Source: Candidatus Latescibacterota bacterium (GTDB lineage Bacteria > JAAXHH01). From it: a stretch of DNA of 64,000 nucleotides. The stretch covers positions 29,659 through 93,658 of the forward strand of contig JAJEHX010000012.1 of assembly GCA_022823465.1 (NCBI GenBank). Reading direction: 5' to 3'. The notes beneath the pieces are model-generated. The model did no database searches. It was not told where the DNA came from and worked only from the letters and a program-made list of their open reading frames with translations. The translations under genes were made by a program, and so were the position numbers. The stretch's first letter is position 1. Every line of letters starts with the position of its first letter. Below, piece after piece: positions 27,898-38,492 of the stretch.

Positions 27898-30800
27898 ATG
27901 CTACATCGGTTTCGGTATTTGCTGGCGGTCCTGTGCCTGCTGGCCACGCCGGCCGCGGTCCTCGCCCAGGGGGACTACTTCGGCCGGAACAAGGTCCAGT
28001 ACCGGGATTTCAAGTGGGAGATCATATCCACGCCCCACTTCGAGATCTATTACTACCAGGGGGAAGAAGAAGCCGCCTACGATGCCGCCAGGATGGCCGA
28101 GCGGTCGTACAACCGGTTGAGCCGCATACTCCGGCACCGGTTCAGCGACAAGGTCCCGATCATCTTCTACGCCTCCCATACCGACTTCCAGCAGACCAAT
28201 GTCCTGTCCGGTTTCATCAGCGAGGGCACCGGCGGCGTGACGGAATTCAACAAGAACCGCATATTGCTTCCCTTTACCGGGTCGTACGCGGAACTGGAGC
28301 ACGTGCTCACCCACGAGCTCGTTCACGCCTTCCAGGGAGACGTACTCTACGGCGCCGGTCCCGGTGTGTCCATCCTGAACCCTATGGCTTTCGTCGCACC
28401 CCTCTGGTTCATGGAGGGCATGGCGGAATACCTGTCTTTGGGCGGTATCGACGCGTATACCCACATGTGGCTTCGGGACGCCGCGCTGCAAGGTTACCTT
28501 CCCCCGACCATACCGGCAATGGACTACAGTTTCGGCGTGTATCGGTTCGGCCAGGCTCTCTTTGCCTACATCGGGGACCGGTACGGGGATCGCAAGATCG
28601 GCGAGATACTCCGCAAGACGGGACGCATGCGAAACGTGAACGAAGCCTTCCGTTCCTCCATAGGCAAGGACATCGAGAAGCTGTCCGACGAGTGGAACGA
28701 GCACGTGCGCAAGACCTACCTTCCGCAGATCAAGGATTACGAGAAACCCCAGGCCTTCGCCCGGCAACTGACCGACGTCCGGGAATCCCGGGCGGGCCTG
28801 CACCTCGCTCCGGCGATTTCGCCGCGGGGCGACAAGCTCGTTTTCATCTCGAACAAAAGCCTTTACAACGACATCTATCTCGCTTCCGCCATCAATGGCG
28901 AGGTCATCTCGAAACTAGTCGAAGGGGAACGATCGGCCGATTTCGAGTCGCTCCGGTTTTTCTCCACGTCCATCTCCTGGTCGCCCGATGAGCAGTTCAT
29001 CGCCTTCCCGGCGAAGGTGGGGGCGCGGGACGCCCTGTACGTCATGGACGTCAGGAAGAAGAAGGTGATCAGGCGTATCAAGGTGGACCTGGACGGCGCC
29101 ACGTCGCCGAGCTGGTCGCCCGACGGGAGCAAGCTGGTCTTCGTCGGTCTCCAGGGCGGGCAGTCCGATCTGTACGTGGTGGACGCCACGGGCGGCAACC
29201 TGAAGGCCCTTACCCGGGACAGGTACACGGACCGCGATCCGGTATGGTCGCCCGACGGCAAGAAGATCGCCTTCTCCACCGACCGGGGCGATGTGACCAA
29301 TTTCAGGACGCTCACCTTCGGATACCAGCAACTCGCGCTCTACGACCTGGCCACGGGAACGGTCGAAAAGATTCCCGGCCAGATCGGCAAGGGGATATCG
29401 CCACAATGGTCCGCCGACGGCGAGAAGATCGCCTTCATATCGGACCGCACCGGCATTTCCAATATTTTCATCTGGGACTCGAAGTCCAGGGAGACCTACC
29501 AGATTACCAATATCCTGACCGGGGTGACCAACATTACGGCCGCCGGTCCCGCCATCACCTGGGCGCAGAAGGCGGACCGCCTGATCTTTTCCTCCCTGTC
29601 CTGGGGAGGGTTCGACCTGTTCGCCATCACCGATCCGGCGTCGCTGATGAAAGAACCCTACGATCACGACGAGGCGGCGACGCCCGGTGCGGCGCCGTTG
29701 GGACAGCAACTAGCCCCGCCCCGGAGGACCGAACCTTCGGAAGAAACCGCTGCCGCCGGGGATGGCGAAGCGTCTTCGCCGGACACCACCGTGGCGATCG
29801 CCGATAGCCTGTCTGCCACGCCGTCCACATCGCCGGACGCCTCGACCGGTACCGGGCAATCGAATTCAAACGCTGAGCGGGAGAAGGTAAGCACGGTCCA
29901 GACCGTGCTTACGGCGCCTCCCGATACGACGTCCGCAAAGGATGCAACGACGCCGGATGAAGCACCCGATGAGACGAAAAGTACCGAACTCCTTCAGGAA
30001 CCGGAGTTTCCTTTCGGACCCGTCACGGGCGGCATCGGACCGGGGGGCGAATTGCCCGACACGACCGCCTGGATCGACGGCACGTTCAAGAAGAAGAAGT
30101 ACTCCCCCCGTTTCGGCCTCGATTATATCGGCGGAAACGCCGGTTACGCCACGAACGTCGGCCTGGTGGGCAGTTCCCTTCTGTCCTTCAGCGATATCCT
30201 GAACAACCACAAGATTCTTGTCGGCGCCAACGTTTTCGGTTCCCTGACGGATGCGAACCTGCTGCTTCAATACACCAACCTGACCCGGCGCGTCAACTGG
30301 AGCGTGGCCGCGTTTCAGTACAGTTACGACCTGTTCTACAACTACCAGAGCCCCATCCTTACCCAGGTGACCACCCAGATCAACCGCGGCGTTCATCTCT
30401 TCATAAGCCGGCCTTTCAGCCAGTTCAGCCGCCTCGAACTGGGCGTCCAGGGGGTGCACAGGACCCGTGAACTGGTGGATGTGAGTTTCAATTACTTCGG
30501 CATCCGCCGGACCCGGCGCGGGAACCTCGGCAGCGTGAATTTCATTCAACCCAGCGTCGCCCTGGTCACCGATCACACCCTCTATGGCGTTACCGGTCCG
30601 ATCGCCGGCGCCAGGGGCCGCGTGGAAGTGATACCGACCTTCGGCGAACTGCAGTTTACACGTGCGGTCATCGACTACCGAACGTACTTCAACGTGTTGC
30701 AGCGCTACGCTTTTGCCTTCCGTCTGTTCGGGTTGGCCAGCGAGGGGCGCGACCAGGAACTCTATCCCTTCGGAGGTCCCTATGACTTCCGCGGCGCCAA

Positions 30801-31311
30801 CTACTGGTCCGTCTGGGGGAGCAAGGTCGCGATGGCCAACGCGGAGTTCCGGTTTCCACTGATCGAAGTGCTGGCCATGGGCTGGCCGCTTCCGCTGGCT
30901 TTCCAGCAGATTCGGGGCTCGCTATTCGTAGACGCGGGAAGCGCCTGGGACCAGAACACCAGCGCCGTGCAGGCCAACCAGTACGCGGGCTACCCCAACG
31001 TGGGAGAGTTCGTCGACGGCAGGCTGGTCAGGCCGAACGGACTGGGACCGGGTACGATGGAGGAACTGGCGGGAGGGCCGATCGCCGTGGCCTATGGCAT
31101 TGGTGCGCGGGCGCGCGTCGGCTTTCTGATCCTGAAGTTCGACGTCGCCCGTCAGTTTGACCTGGGCAGGCGGCCGTCATGGTATAACGCCGAAAACCTA
31201 CCCAACGTGCCCAGGGGACTGGAATCCGAGTTCCCGGGTACGCGTTCGTACCGTCTGAGGAATGCGCTGAACGATACCCAGTTCTTCTTTACGATAGGCG
31301 CCGATTTTTAG
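27898..31311 (+). CDS. Omp85-superfamily protein: gluzincin peptidase + PD40/TolB-like propeller + beta-barrel
   Basis: Signal peptide; HELVH and WFMEGMAEY; repeated SWSPDG; low-complexity linker; GG..FRG, NAEFRFP, C-terminal IGADF. Confidence 0.85.
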   Translation: MLHRFRYLLAVLCLLATPAAVLAQGDYFGRNKVQYRDFKWEIISTPHFEIYYYQGEEEAAYDAARMAERSYNRLSRILRHRFSDKVPIIFYASHTDFQQTNVLSGFISEGTGGVTEFNKNRILLPFTGSYAELEHVLTHELVHAFQGDVLYGAGPGVSILNPMAFVAPLWFMEGMAEYLSLGGIDAYTHMWLRDAALQGYLPPTIPAMDYSFGVYRFGQALFAYIGDRYGDRKIGEILRKTGRMRNVNEAFRSSIGKDIEKLSDEWNEHVRKTYLPQIKDYEKPQAFARQLTDVRESRAGLHLAPAISPRGDKLVFISNKSLYNDIYLASAINGEVISKLVEGERSADFESLRFFSTSISWSPDEQFIAFPAKVGARDALYVMDVRKKKVIRRIKVDLDGATSPSWSPDGSKLVFVGLQGGQSDLYVVDATGGNLKALTRDRYTDRDPVWSPDGKKIAFSTDRGDVTNFRTLTFGYQQLALYDLATGTVEKIPGQIGKGISPQWSADGEKIAFISDRTGISNIFIWDSKSRETYQITNILTGVTNITAAGPAITWAQKADRLIFSSLSWGGFDLFAITDPASLMKEPYDHDEAATPGAAPLGQQLAPPRRTEPSEETAAAGDGEASSPDTTVAIADSLSATPSTSPDASTGTGQSNSNAEREKVSTVQTVLTAPPDTTSAKDATTPDEAPDETKSTELLQEPEFPFGPVTGGIGPGGELPDTTAWIDGTFKKKKYSPRFGLDYIGGNAGYATNVGLVGSSLLSFSDILNNHKILVGANVFGSLTDANLLLQYTNLTRRVNWSVAAFQYSYDLFYNYQSPILTQVTTQINRGVHLFISRPFSQFSRLELGVQGVHRTRELVDVSFNYFGIRRTRRGNLGSVNFIQPSVALVTDHTLYGVTGPIAGARGRVEVIPTFGELQFTRAVIDYRTYFNVLQRYAFAFRLFGLASEGRDQELYPFGGPYDFRGANYWSVWGSKVAMANAEFRFPLIEVLAMGWPLPLAFQQIRGSLFVDAGSAWDQNTSAVQANQYAGYPNVGEFVDGRLVRPNGLGPGTMEELAGGPIAVAYGIGARARVGFLILKFDVARQFDLGRRPSWYNAENLPNVPRGLESEFPGTRSYRLRNALNDTQFFFTIGADF

Positions 31312-31394
31312 GATAGCCCTGAACACCGGCCTGGCGGCCGCTATATCCCCCGTCGATTCACCAACGCCTATACACGGAGACACGGCAGGTATAC

Positions 31395-32327
31395 ATGCAT
31401 ACGTCAGAAGAGATCAAGGCCTTAAGGGAGCAACACTATAACGCCACGCTGACAGAAATCCATGAACTGAACCCCGAACTGTGGATCATCCGGGTGAAAC
31501 CGGACGACGAACTCCCGCCGTACATGCCTGGACAGTACACGACCCTCGGCCTGGGCGATTGGGAGCCCACCAACGATCCCGCCCATAACGAGGATGTAAA
31601 CGAGAACCTCAAGACAAAGCTTATCCGCCGTGCCTATTCCATGTCCTTTCCCATGTACGAGGACGACCCCGGCCAATTGCTGGAACCGGGGGACATGGAT
31701 TACTACGAGTTTTACATTACGCTCGTGGCCCGTGACGGCGAAGAAGGCCAGGATCCTTCCCTCACGCCCAGGCTGTGGATGCTGAAGGAAGGCGACCGGC
31801 TCTTTATGGGACCCAAGGTGACGGGTCATTACACCCTGGAACACGTGACCCCGGACGACCAGGTCATCTTCGCCGCGACGGGCACCGGAGAGGCGCCCCA
31901 CAACTGCATGATCGCCGATCTGATGCGGAACGGCCACAAGCCCGATATCATTTCGGTGGTCTGCGTGCGATATGCCCGGGACCTGGGTTACCAGGATACC
32001 AACGAGCGGCTGGAGCAACTTCACTCGAATTACCATTACATCACGCTGACCACCCGGGAGTCGCACAACCTCGATCGCAAGGTGTATATACAAGACCTGG
32101 TAAGGACCGGGGAACTGGAAGAAAGGACCGGTATCGTCCTGAATCCCGACAGGACCCACGTGTACATCTGTGGAAACCCCGACATGATCGGCGTGCCCAA
32201 TTACACCAGGGAGGGCGACAAGTCCTATCCCTCGCCCACCGGCCTGGTCGAGCTGCTCGAATCGCGTGGATTCAAGGCGGATCATCGAAGAGACAAGGGA
32301 AACATACACTTCGAGGAATACTGGTAG
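31395..32327 (+). CDS. fpr: Ferredoxin/flavodoxin-NADP+ reductase
   Basis: GQYTTLG, RRAYS, ATGTG, YICGNPDMI, C-terminal EEYW. Confidence 0.88.
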   Translation: MHTSEEIKALREQHYNATLTEIHELNPELWIIRVKPDDELPPYMPGQYTTLGLGDWEPTNDPAHNEDVNENLKTKLIRRAYSMSFPMYEDDPGQLLEPGDMDYYEFYITLVARDGEEGQDPSLTPRLWMLKEGDRLFMGPKVTGHYTLEHVTPDDQVIFAATGTGEAPHNCMIADLMRNGHKPDIISVVCVRYARDLGYQDTNERLEQLHSNYHYITLTTRESHNLDRKVYIQDLVRTGELEERTGIVLNPDRTHVYICGNPDMIGVPNYTREGDKSYPSPTGLVELLESRGFKADHRRDKGNIHFEEYW

Positions 32328-32437
32328 CCGGAAGCCCGGCCGGTTTGCGGCGGGATAACAGGTAGCCGGCACCCCGGGTTTCCCGATCATTAAAAATGCC
32401 GGATCCGGGTCGCATCCTGTTCGACGAAGAGGCCGCC

Positions 32438-33409
32438 ATGCAGAAACTGACGCTGGATACGGATGGCAATCCGGAGGTATCCAGCGGGGCCATGCCTTCC
32501 TGCGGCGACGTGGAAGTGTTGCTCAAGGCACGGGCGTGTGTGCTGTCTCGCAGGCGCGTCGCCGATGGCGACGCCACACCGGTATCGGCCATACCGGCCA
32601 GGCCGACCGCAAACGGTCGCCATGTATCGGTGGGCCGGTGTTTCACGGGGATCATCGAGAAAGCCGGGGGGCGCGTGGAAGCGCTCACCCCGGGCGACCG
32701 GGTCGTTGCCTGTCATACCGACGGCGGTTTCTCCGAATACCACAGCGTTCCCGCGTACCACGTCGTAAAATTGCCGGTCGGCATCAGTTTCGAAGAGGGC
32801 GCCATAGCCGCCCTGATGCCGGCGGTCCTGAACGGGATGGAGCGCGCGCAGGTGAAAGGCCGGTCGGTTTTCATCAGCGGCGCGGGGACCACCGGCCTGC
32901 TGAGTACGCAGATCGCGCGCATATCGGGCGCGACGACGATCATCGCGGCGGACCTGCACGCGACGCGTCTTCAGCGCGCGCGGGACGCGGGCGCGGACAC
33001 TGTGGTCAACATCTCCACGGAGGACGCCCACCGGCGCGTCATGGACCAGACCGGCGGCCGGGGCGTGGATGTCTGTCTCGAGTGCGCCGGTAACGAAACT
33101 TCCTTTTTCCAATGTGCGGCGACGCTGCGCCCGGGCGGGAAGCTCGTCGTCCTCAAGCCTGTGACAAACCCCGTATCCATCGAAATGCGGGACTGGTCGG
33201 AACGATCGCTGCAACTGATCATGGGCCGGGAACAGCCCTTCGAAACCCCCTACCTGGTGGAACAGGGGTTGAAACTTGTGGGCATTGGCGCGGTGAGGCT
33301 GCGTCCCCTGCTGACCCATGTGTTTCCCGTCCACCGCATTGCCGAAGCCCTCGAACTGATCGATGGACAGCCGAACCTGGCCGTTGAAGTTGCGCTGATA
33401 AGGGCATAG
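32438..33409 (+). CDS. MDR (zinc-binding dehydrogenase-like) protein with degenerate catalytic motifs
   Basis: PGDRV, GGFSEY, GAGTTG, GADTVV, GRGVDV; the usual GHE reads GRC. Confidence 0.75.
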   Translation: MQKLTLDTDGNPEVSSGAMPSCGDVEVLLKARACVLSRRRVADGDATPVSAIPARPTANGRHVSVGRCFTGIIEKAGGRVEALTPGDRVVACHTDGGFSEYHSVPAYHVVKLPVGISFEEGAIAALMPAVLNGMERAQVKGRSVFISGAGTTGLLSTQIARISGATTIIAADLHATRLQRARDAGADTVVNISTEDAHRRVMDQTGGRGVDVCLECAGNETSFFQCAATLRPGGKLVVLKPVTNPVSIEMRDWSERSLQLIMGREQPFETPYLVEQGLKLVGIGAVRLRPLLTHVFPVHRIAEALELIDGQPNLAVEVALIRA

Positions 33410-33519
33410 GGATCGGCCATATCCGGACCCCGTAATGCTTGACGCGGATACTTCCGGGTCCGTACTTTCATGCCGCCGGCCAAGGGACGCGAGACCGATA
33501 GAAAGGGAAAGAAAGCGCT

Positions 33520-34218
33520 TTGTCTTCCGAAGTCAGTATCCTGAATCTGATTCTGGATTCGGGCACCGTCGCCAAGTTCGTTATCATCGTCCTGCTGATC
33601 TTCTCTATCGTGTCATGGGCGATTATGGCGGAGCGTTGGCGGTACTTCCGCCGGGCCCAGTCGCAGTCCCGGCATTTCCTCGCTTTCTTTCAATCCCAGC
33701 GGGACTACAGCCAGGTTTATACCGTGGCTTCGAAGTGGCCCTGCAGTCCCGCCGCCGTTGTCTTCCGCGAGGTATACGAGAAGCACGAGTCGGTCTTCTC
33801 CCCTCCCGGCGGCAACGAAGACCGGTCGAAGGAAGTCGTCCAGGACCTGATGGAATCCATCTATCGCGACCTGCGGCTGGCCGCCCATCGGGAACTGGCC
33901 CGGTTCGAACAACGACTGCCCATACTGGCCACCGCGGGAAGCGTGTGCCCCTTTCTCGGCCTCTTCGGAACGGTATGGGGCGTAATGACCGCTTTTCTGG
34001 ACATCAGTACCAAGGGCTCCACCAACATCGTGGTCGTGGCGCCCGGTATCGCGGAGGCATTGATCACGACGATCGCGGGCCTGGCCGTGGCCATCCCGGC
34101 CATGGTGGCGTACAACTACTTCGTGCAGCGGTCGAGGGACCTGGGCCTGGAGCTTGAAGATCTGGCCACCGCGGTCATGAACATCCTCCAGTTGCGGGGA
34201 CGTCATGAATTCGTTTGA
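33520..34218 (+). CDS. tolQ: TolQ/ExbB proton channel protein
   Basis: PFLGLFGTVWG, VAPGIAEALITT, AIPA..YN; TTG start. Confidence 0.93.
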   Translation: MSSEVSILNLILDSGTVAKFVIIVLLIFSIVSWAIMAERWRYFRRAQSQSRHFLAFFQSQRDYSQVYTVASKWPCSPAAVVFREVYEKHESVFSPPGGNEDRSKEVVQDLMESIYRDLRLAAHRELARFEQRLPILATAGSVCPFLGLFGTVWGVMTAFLDISTKGSTNIVVVAPGIAEALITTIAGLAVAIPAMVAYNYFVQRSRDLGLELEDLATAVMNILQLRGRHEFV

Positions 34219-34624
34219 TTTCAATAGCGCGGGTTCGCCCCGCGCCCTATCGGAAATCAACGTAACGGCGCTGGTCGACGTCATGACCGTGCTCCTGATC
34301 ATCTTCATGATCACCACGCCGATGATTCAGAGCGGCGTCCAGGTGGATCTGCCCAGGGCGAGCGCGGCCGCGCCGGACCTGGCCGAGGGGCTCGTCATCA
34401 CCATAACGAGCGAAGGATCGCTGTACCTGGAAGACCGACTGCTCTCGATGAGCCAGTTCGACGGGGTGTTCAGGGAGATATTCGAAGGTCAGCAGGATAA
34501 ACCGGTGTTTATCCGTGGAGACGAGCGGGTGCCCTACGGCGCCGTCATTGCCGTGCTCGATAAGCTCAAGGAGCACGGCGTAACCCAGATAGGACTGGCG
34601 ACCAGTCTGAGACCGTCACGATAA
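34205..34624 (+). CDS. tolR: TolR/ExbD
   Basis: EINVTALVDVMTVLLIIFM, VDLP, IRGDE.VPYG. Confidence 0.93.
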   Translation: MNSFDFNSAGSPRALSEINVTALVDVMTVLLIIFMITTPMIQSGVQVDLPRASAAAPDLAEGLVITITSEGSLYLEDRLLSMSQFDGVFREIFEGQQDKPVFIRGDERVPYGAVIAVLDKLKEHGVTQIGLATSLRPSR

Positions 34625-35247
34625 TGACCCGTATGATCTGGGCTTCCGGATTCCTGCATATCGCGGTGATCGCCGTGTTGACCGGTGTGAATGCCTGGTG
34701 GTCCACGTCGGCGTCGTCACTGGACCAGCAGGTCTACCGGGTCGATCTCGTAACGCTGGACGAAAGCCCGTCCATAAGGCGTCCGCCCATGATAGACGAG
34801 ACGTACGAAGTCGTCTCGAAGAAGGAGGCCGCCGCGCCGCAGGAGGAGGCGGCCCTGGCGCTTGAACGGACGCCGCACCTGGTCTCCGAGGAACCGGACC
34901 CCGGACCGGAAACGCCTCAGTCCTTTGACACAGACTCCCCGGGAATCCGCCTGGACGAGAGGAACTTCGAATTCCCGTACTACCTCGGCATAATGCAGCG
35001 AAGGATACAACAGCATTTCAACGTGCCCAGGATGCTCGGAGTAACGCAGCTCGAAACCGTCATCTACTTTCGCGTCACGCGGTCGGGCCGGATTTCAAAC
35101 GTCGTCGTGGAGCGTTCTTCTTCCAACCCGGTCTTCGACCTGGCGGCGCAACGGGCCTTAAACGCGGCCGATCCGCTGCCGCCGCTGCCGGAAGGGTACA
35201 GGAAGTCCTACCTGGGCGTGCATTTCGCCTTTCAATACGTGTTGTGA
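34624..35247 (+). CDS. tolA: Short TolA/TonB C-terminal domain protein
   Basis: N-terminal TM with S..LH motif; C-terminal domain with SSNPVFD.AA.RA...P.PPLP; lies between tolR and tolB. Confidence 0.78.
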   Translation: MTRMIWASGFLHIAVIAVLTGVNAWWSTSASSLDQQVYRVDLVTLDESPSIRRPPMIDETYEVVSKKEAAAPQEEAALALERTPHLVSEEPDPGPETPQSFDTDSPGIRLDERNFEFPYYLGIMQRRIQQHFNVPRMLGVTQLETVIYFRVTRSGRISNVVVERSSSNPVFDLAAQRALNAADPLPPLPEGYRKSYLGVHFAFQYVL

Positions 35248-35323
35248 TGCAGGCGCGAACGCACATAGCGCCAGGCCTGAGGCCATGATTGCCATGATTG
35301 GCTTCCGGCAAGGAAAGCCTGAA

Positions 35324-36760
35324 ATGAGAAAACAGAGGCGTGTCCGGCGGTCAACGATCCTGCTGGTGGCACTCGTCCTGCCGCTGTTCGGCGCGAAGTC
35401 CGCGTCGGGTCAGGACGAGGTAAATCTCAGTGTGCAGGCCCGCGTCTCCCCCCGCATACCGATCGCCTTCAAGCCCTTAATCCCCCGGGATGGAACGGCC
35501 TTCGCCGCTGCCGTGCAGGACACCATCAACCAGGTGCTCATGCGGGACCTGTCGTTCTCCGGCGTCTTTGCCGTGCGGGACCTTTCCATCCCGGCCCGCG
35601 TGGGAGCGGACGATGGCTCCCCGGTGCTGACGGACAGCGCCGGGGACACCGCCTACGTGTTTCTGGACGCCGCCGGAGAAGTGGACCTCGAGCTGCTTCG
35701 CAAGTTATCCGTTCAGGTCATGGTGTCGGGGACTTATGAAATTTCGGGATCCCGGGTGGAAATCTCCGTGCGCCTTACCGACGTGGGCACCCGCCGAACG
35801 ATCCTGGAAAAGGGGTACGCCGCCTTCGATCTGACCCTGAGAAGGATCGTGCATCTCATGGCCGACGACATCGTGTTCCAGTTGACCGGGGACCGGGGAA
35901 TCGCCCAGACCCGCGTCGTCTTTGTTTCCCGGCGCAGCGGCGCCCCGGAACTGTACATATCGGACTACGACGGTTTCAATGTCCGCCAGTTGACCCGGGA
36001 CGGCGCACGGAAATACTCGCCGAACTGGTCGCCGGACGGCACCAGGATCGCTTACACCTCCTACCGGGACGGGCCCCACGAACTGTATCTCCTGGACCTG
36101 CAGAGCGGGGAAACCAGCAAGGTCTCTTTCAGAGGGAGAACGGTGCTTTCTCCTCGCTGGTCGCCAGACGGCAGGCACCTGATCCTGGGCCTGGTCACGG
36201 AGGGGTTTTCCAAGCTTTACATCAGCACGTTGGACGGAAGCAGACTGATCCCTCTGGCGACCGGATACGGGATAAACATTTCACCGTCCTGGTCACCGCG
36301 GGGCGACCAGGTGGTATACATGTCGGACAGATTGACACAGAAGCACCTGTACGTTATTAATGTAGATGGCTCGGATGACCGGCGCATCACCTTCGAAGGC
36401 GGTTACAACGGATCGCCCGCGTGGTCGCCCAGGGGCGACCGTATCGCCTTCGTAGGCGGCGACCTGGCGCCGGGAAGGCGGGGAGGCTCCCAGCGGGTCT
36501 TCAATATCTACACCTGCGACGTCAACGGCAGTAACCTCGTGAAACTCACGGGAGTCCGCGGACCGGAAGGGGACAACGTGAACCCGACCTGGTCCCCGGA
36601 CGGACTGCACATACTCTTCGGTTCGGACCGGGTCCGCAAGGGAGCGTACCAGATTTACCGCATGTACTGGAACGGAGGAGACGTCCATCCCGTCATCACG
36701 GAGGGCAACAACCGGCAAGCCAGTTGGGGACCGAGGCCCGTATCCTTAGAGACGGATTGA
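35324..36760 (+). CDS. tolB: Tol-Pal beta-propeller protein TolB
   Basis: Signal peptide; DLSFSG, H.MADDI..LTG..GIA.TR, DYDG, multiple PD40 WSPDG repeats. Confidence 0.93.
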   Translation: MRKQRRVRRSTILLVALVLPLFGAKSASGQDEVNLSVQARVSPRIPIAFKPLIPRDGTAFAAAVQDTINQVLMRDLSFSGVFAVRDLSIPARVGADDGSPVLTDSAGDTAYVFLDAAGEVDLELLRKLSVQVMVSGTYEISGSRVEISVRLTDVGTRRTILEKGYAAFDLTLRRIVHLMADDIVFQLTGDRGIAQTRVVFVSRRSGAPELYISDYDGFNVRQLTRDGARKYSPNWSPDGTRIAYTSYRDGPHELYLLDLQSGETSKVSFRGRTVLSPRWSPDGRHLILGLVTEGFSKLYISTLDGSRLIPLATGYGINISPSWSPRGDQVVYMSDRLTQKHLYVINVDGSDDRRITFEGGYNGSPAWSPRGDRIAFVGGDLAPGRRGGSQRVFNIYTCDVNGSNLVKLTGVRGPEGDNVNPTWSPDGLHILFGSDRVRKGAYQIYRMYWNGGDVHPVITEGNNRQASWGPRPVSLETD

Positions 36761-36766
36761 GAAGAA

Positions 36767-37570
36767 ATGAATGAGTGGACCTTAAAACACCGCGGCCGCG
36801 GCATGCTGATGACGATCTGCGCCCTGGCCGTTACCAGTGCGTGCGGTGTCCAGTCCGACTTGACCAACTTGAAGGACGACACGACGCATCTTCGGGCCCA
36901 GATGCAGGTCATGCGCGAGGAGATCGCCCTTCAGGAGGACATAGACTCGCTCAGTGTGCAAATCAAGGGGCTGGAAGCCCTCGTGCGAGGCCAGATGGAT
37001 GAATTGCTGAGCATGCGGGCGGACATGGGGCAGCGCGTAAGCGGCCTGGAAAGCCGGCTGCAGATCCTTGCCACGCGCATCACGGAAAGCGACCGTCAGT
37101 TCTCGGCTTTTGTGCGCAGGCTGGAGAGCATTCAGGTCCAGTTGAGCGCGCCGGTAAGCCCGGACACCTCCGTCGCACCGTCCCGGTCCTTCGATCCGGG
37201 GGAACTGTACGACCTTGCGTTGAGGGATTATCAGCGGGGCAGTTACGACGTGGCGGTCCGGCAGTTTGCCCAGTACATCGAGTACTTCCCGGACTCGGAT
37301 CTGGCGGACGACGCGCAGTACTATATCGGCGACTGCTACTATACGCAGAGCCTGTACACCCAGGCGCTCGATGCTTACGAGATGCTGTTGGACGCGTATC
37401 CGGATGGGAACAAGGTGCCGGCCACGCTGTTGAAGATCGCTTTCATCAAGGTGGCCAGGAAGGAACTGCCTGAGGCGAGGTCCTATCTGGAACGGGTAAT
37501 CGGCGAGTTTCCCGATACCGAGGAAGCCCAGCTGGCCCGGATGAGACTGGATCTGATGTCGGATGGATGA
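36767..37570 (+). CDS. cpoB: CpoB/YbgF (coiled coil + TPR), lipoprotein-like
   Basis: TSAC lipobox; coiled coil; TPRs FPDSDLADDAQYYIG and YPDGNKVP..LLK. Confidence 0.88.
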   Translation: MNEWTLKHRGRGMLMTICALAVTSACGVQSDLTNLKDDTTHLRAQMQVMREEIALQEDIDSLSVQIKGLEALVRGQMDELLSMRADMGQRVSGLESRLQILATRITESDRQFSAFVRRLESIQVQLSAPVSPDTSVAPSRSFDPGELYDLALRDYQRGSYDVAVRQFAQYIEYFPDSDLADDAQYYIGDCYYTQSLYTQALDAYEMLLDAYPDGNKVPATLLKIAFIKVARKELPEARSYLERVIGEFPDTEEAQLARMRLDLMSDG

Positions 37571-37738
37571 TTTTTTTCAGATGCCTGTCATTCTACCTGG
37601 CCGCTGATAGCGATTTCCTTTTTATGTACGGGATAAGCACGCGCATTCTTAAAAAACATTGTGAGGTGGAGCAGGTGTCCATATACTTTCCGCATCAGTG
37701 CTGGATGTGAAACGCACCCATGTGAAAGGAGTGTTATA

Positions 37739-38332
37739 ATGAAAAGATGGCGCATTACTACTCCGGTCCTGGCGCTCTGCCTTATGGTAGCCGCTCCCGC
37801 GTGGATGGGTGCCGGCTGTGCCACCGGGCCTTCCGCGGAAGAACTGGCCGCCATGGAGGCCGCGCGGCAACAAGCCATAGCGGATTCGCTCAGGGCTGTA
37901 CGCGCTGAAGAGGAAGCCCGTCTCGCGGCCGAGGAGGAAGCCCGGCGCCTGGCCGAAGAGGAAGCCCGCAGGGCTGCCGAAGCCCTGCACCAGGAGATGA
38001 TGAGCCTGTCGACCATCTACTTTGATTACGACATGTCAAACGTCCGGGAAGACCAGCTTTCGGCCATGGACGAAAACGCCCGGAAGTTGCGAGAGTATCA
38101 GCCCGAGGACATGGTGGTGGTCGAAGGCCACTGCGATGAGCGGGGTACGATCGAATACAACCTGGCGCTGGGCGAGCAGCGTGCCCAGGCGGTCAAGACG
38201 TACCTCGTGGATGCCGGTGTGGCGGACAGCCGCATCGAAACCGTCAGTTTCGGTGAAGAACAACCGGCGGTCATGGGTGGCGACGAAGGCTCCTGGGCGC
38301 AGAACCGGCGCGCGGAGTTGAAGCGCAAGTAA
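37739..38332 (+). CDS. pal: Peptidoglycan-associated lipoprotein, copy 1 (197 aa)
   Basis: AAGGAG RBS; lipobox GAGC; IYFDYD, EGHCDERGTIEYNLALG, NRRAE. Confidence 0.93.
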   Translation: MKRWRITTPVLALCLMVAAPAWMGAGCATGPSAEELAAMEAARQQAIADSLRAVRAEEEARLAAEEEARRLAEEEARRAAEALHQEMMSLSTIYFDYDMSNVREDQLSAMDENARKLREYQPEDMVVVEGHCDERGTIEYNLALGEQRAQAVKTYLVDAGVADSRIETVSFGEEQPAVMGGDEGSWAQNRRAELKRK

Positions 38333-38365
38333 GCGTTTCACGCATCATCCGTACGGTTACAAGAC

Positions 38366-38406
38366 AGGGGCGGCCCTTTAGTATTTTAGTATGGGCTGCC
38401 CTTTTT
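38366..38406 (+). terminator. Intrinsic terminator of pal copy 1
   Basis: GGGCGGCCC/GGGCTGCCC stem followed by T5; loop contains TTTAGTAT twice. Confidence 0.7.
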
Positions 38407-38492
38407 ATGGCTTCCTGAGAAACGGTTCCGGTTTTCATAGATCATGTCGTGGATGGCTTGGCTTCATCCGGAAACACGACGGGGACGTATTC
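38402..38492 (-). pseudogene. Decayed 3' fragment of the amidohydrolase gene carried in the duplication
   Basis: Matches about 39372-39464 (GTTTTCATAGATCATGT.GTGGATGGC..TCCGGAAACACG..GGGACGTATTCC) with indels. Confidence 0.85.
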
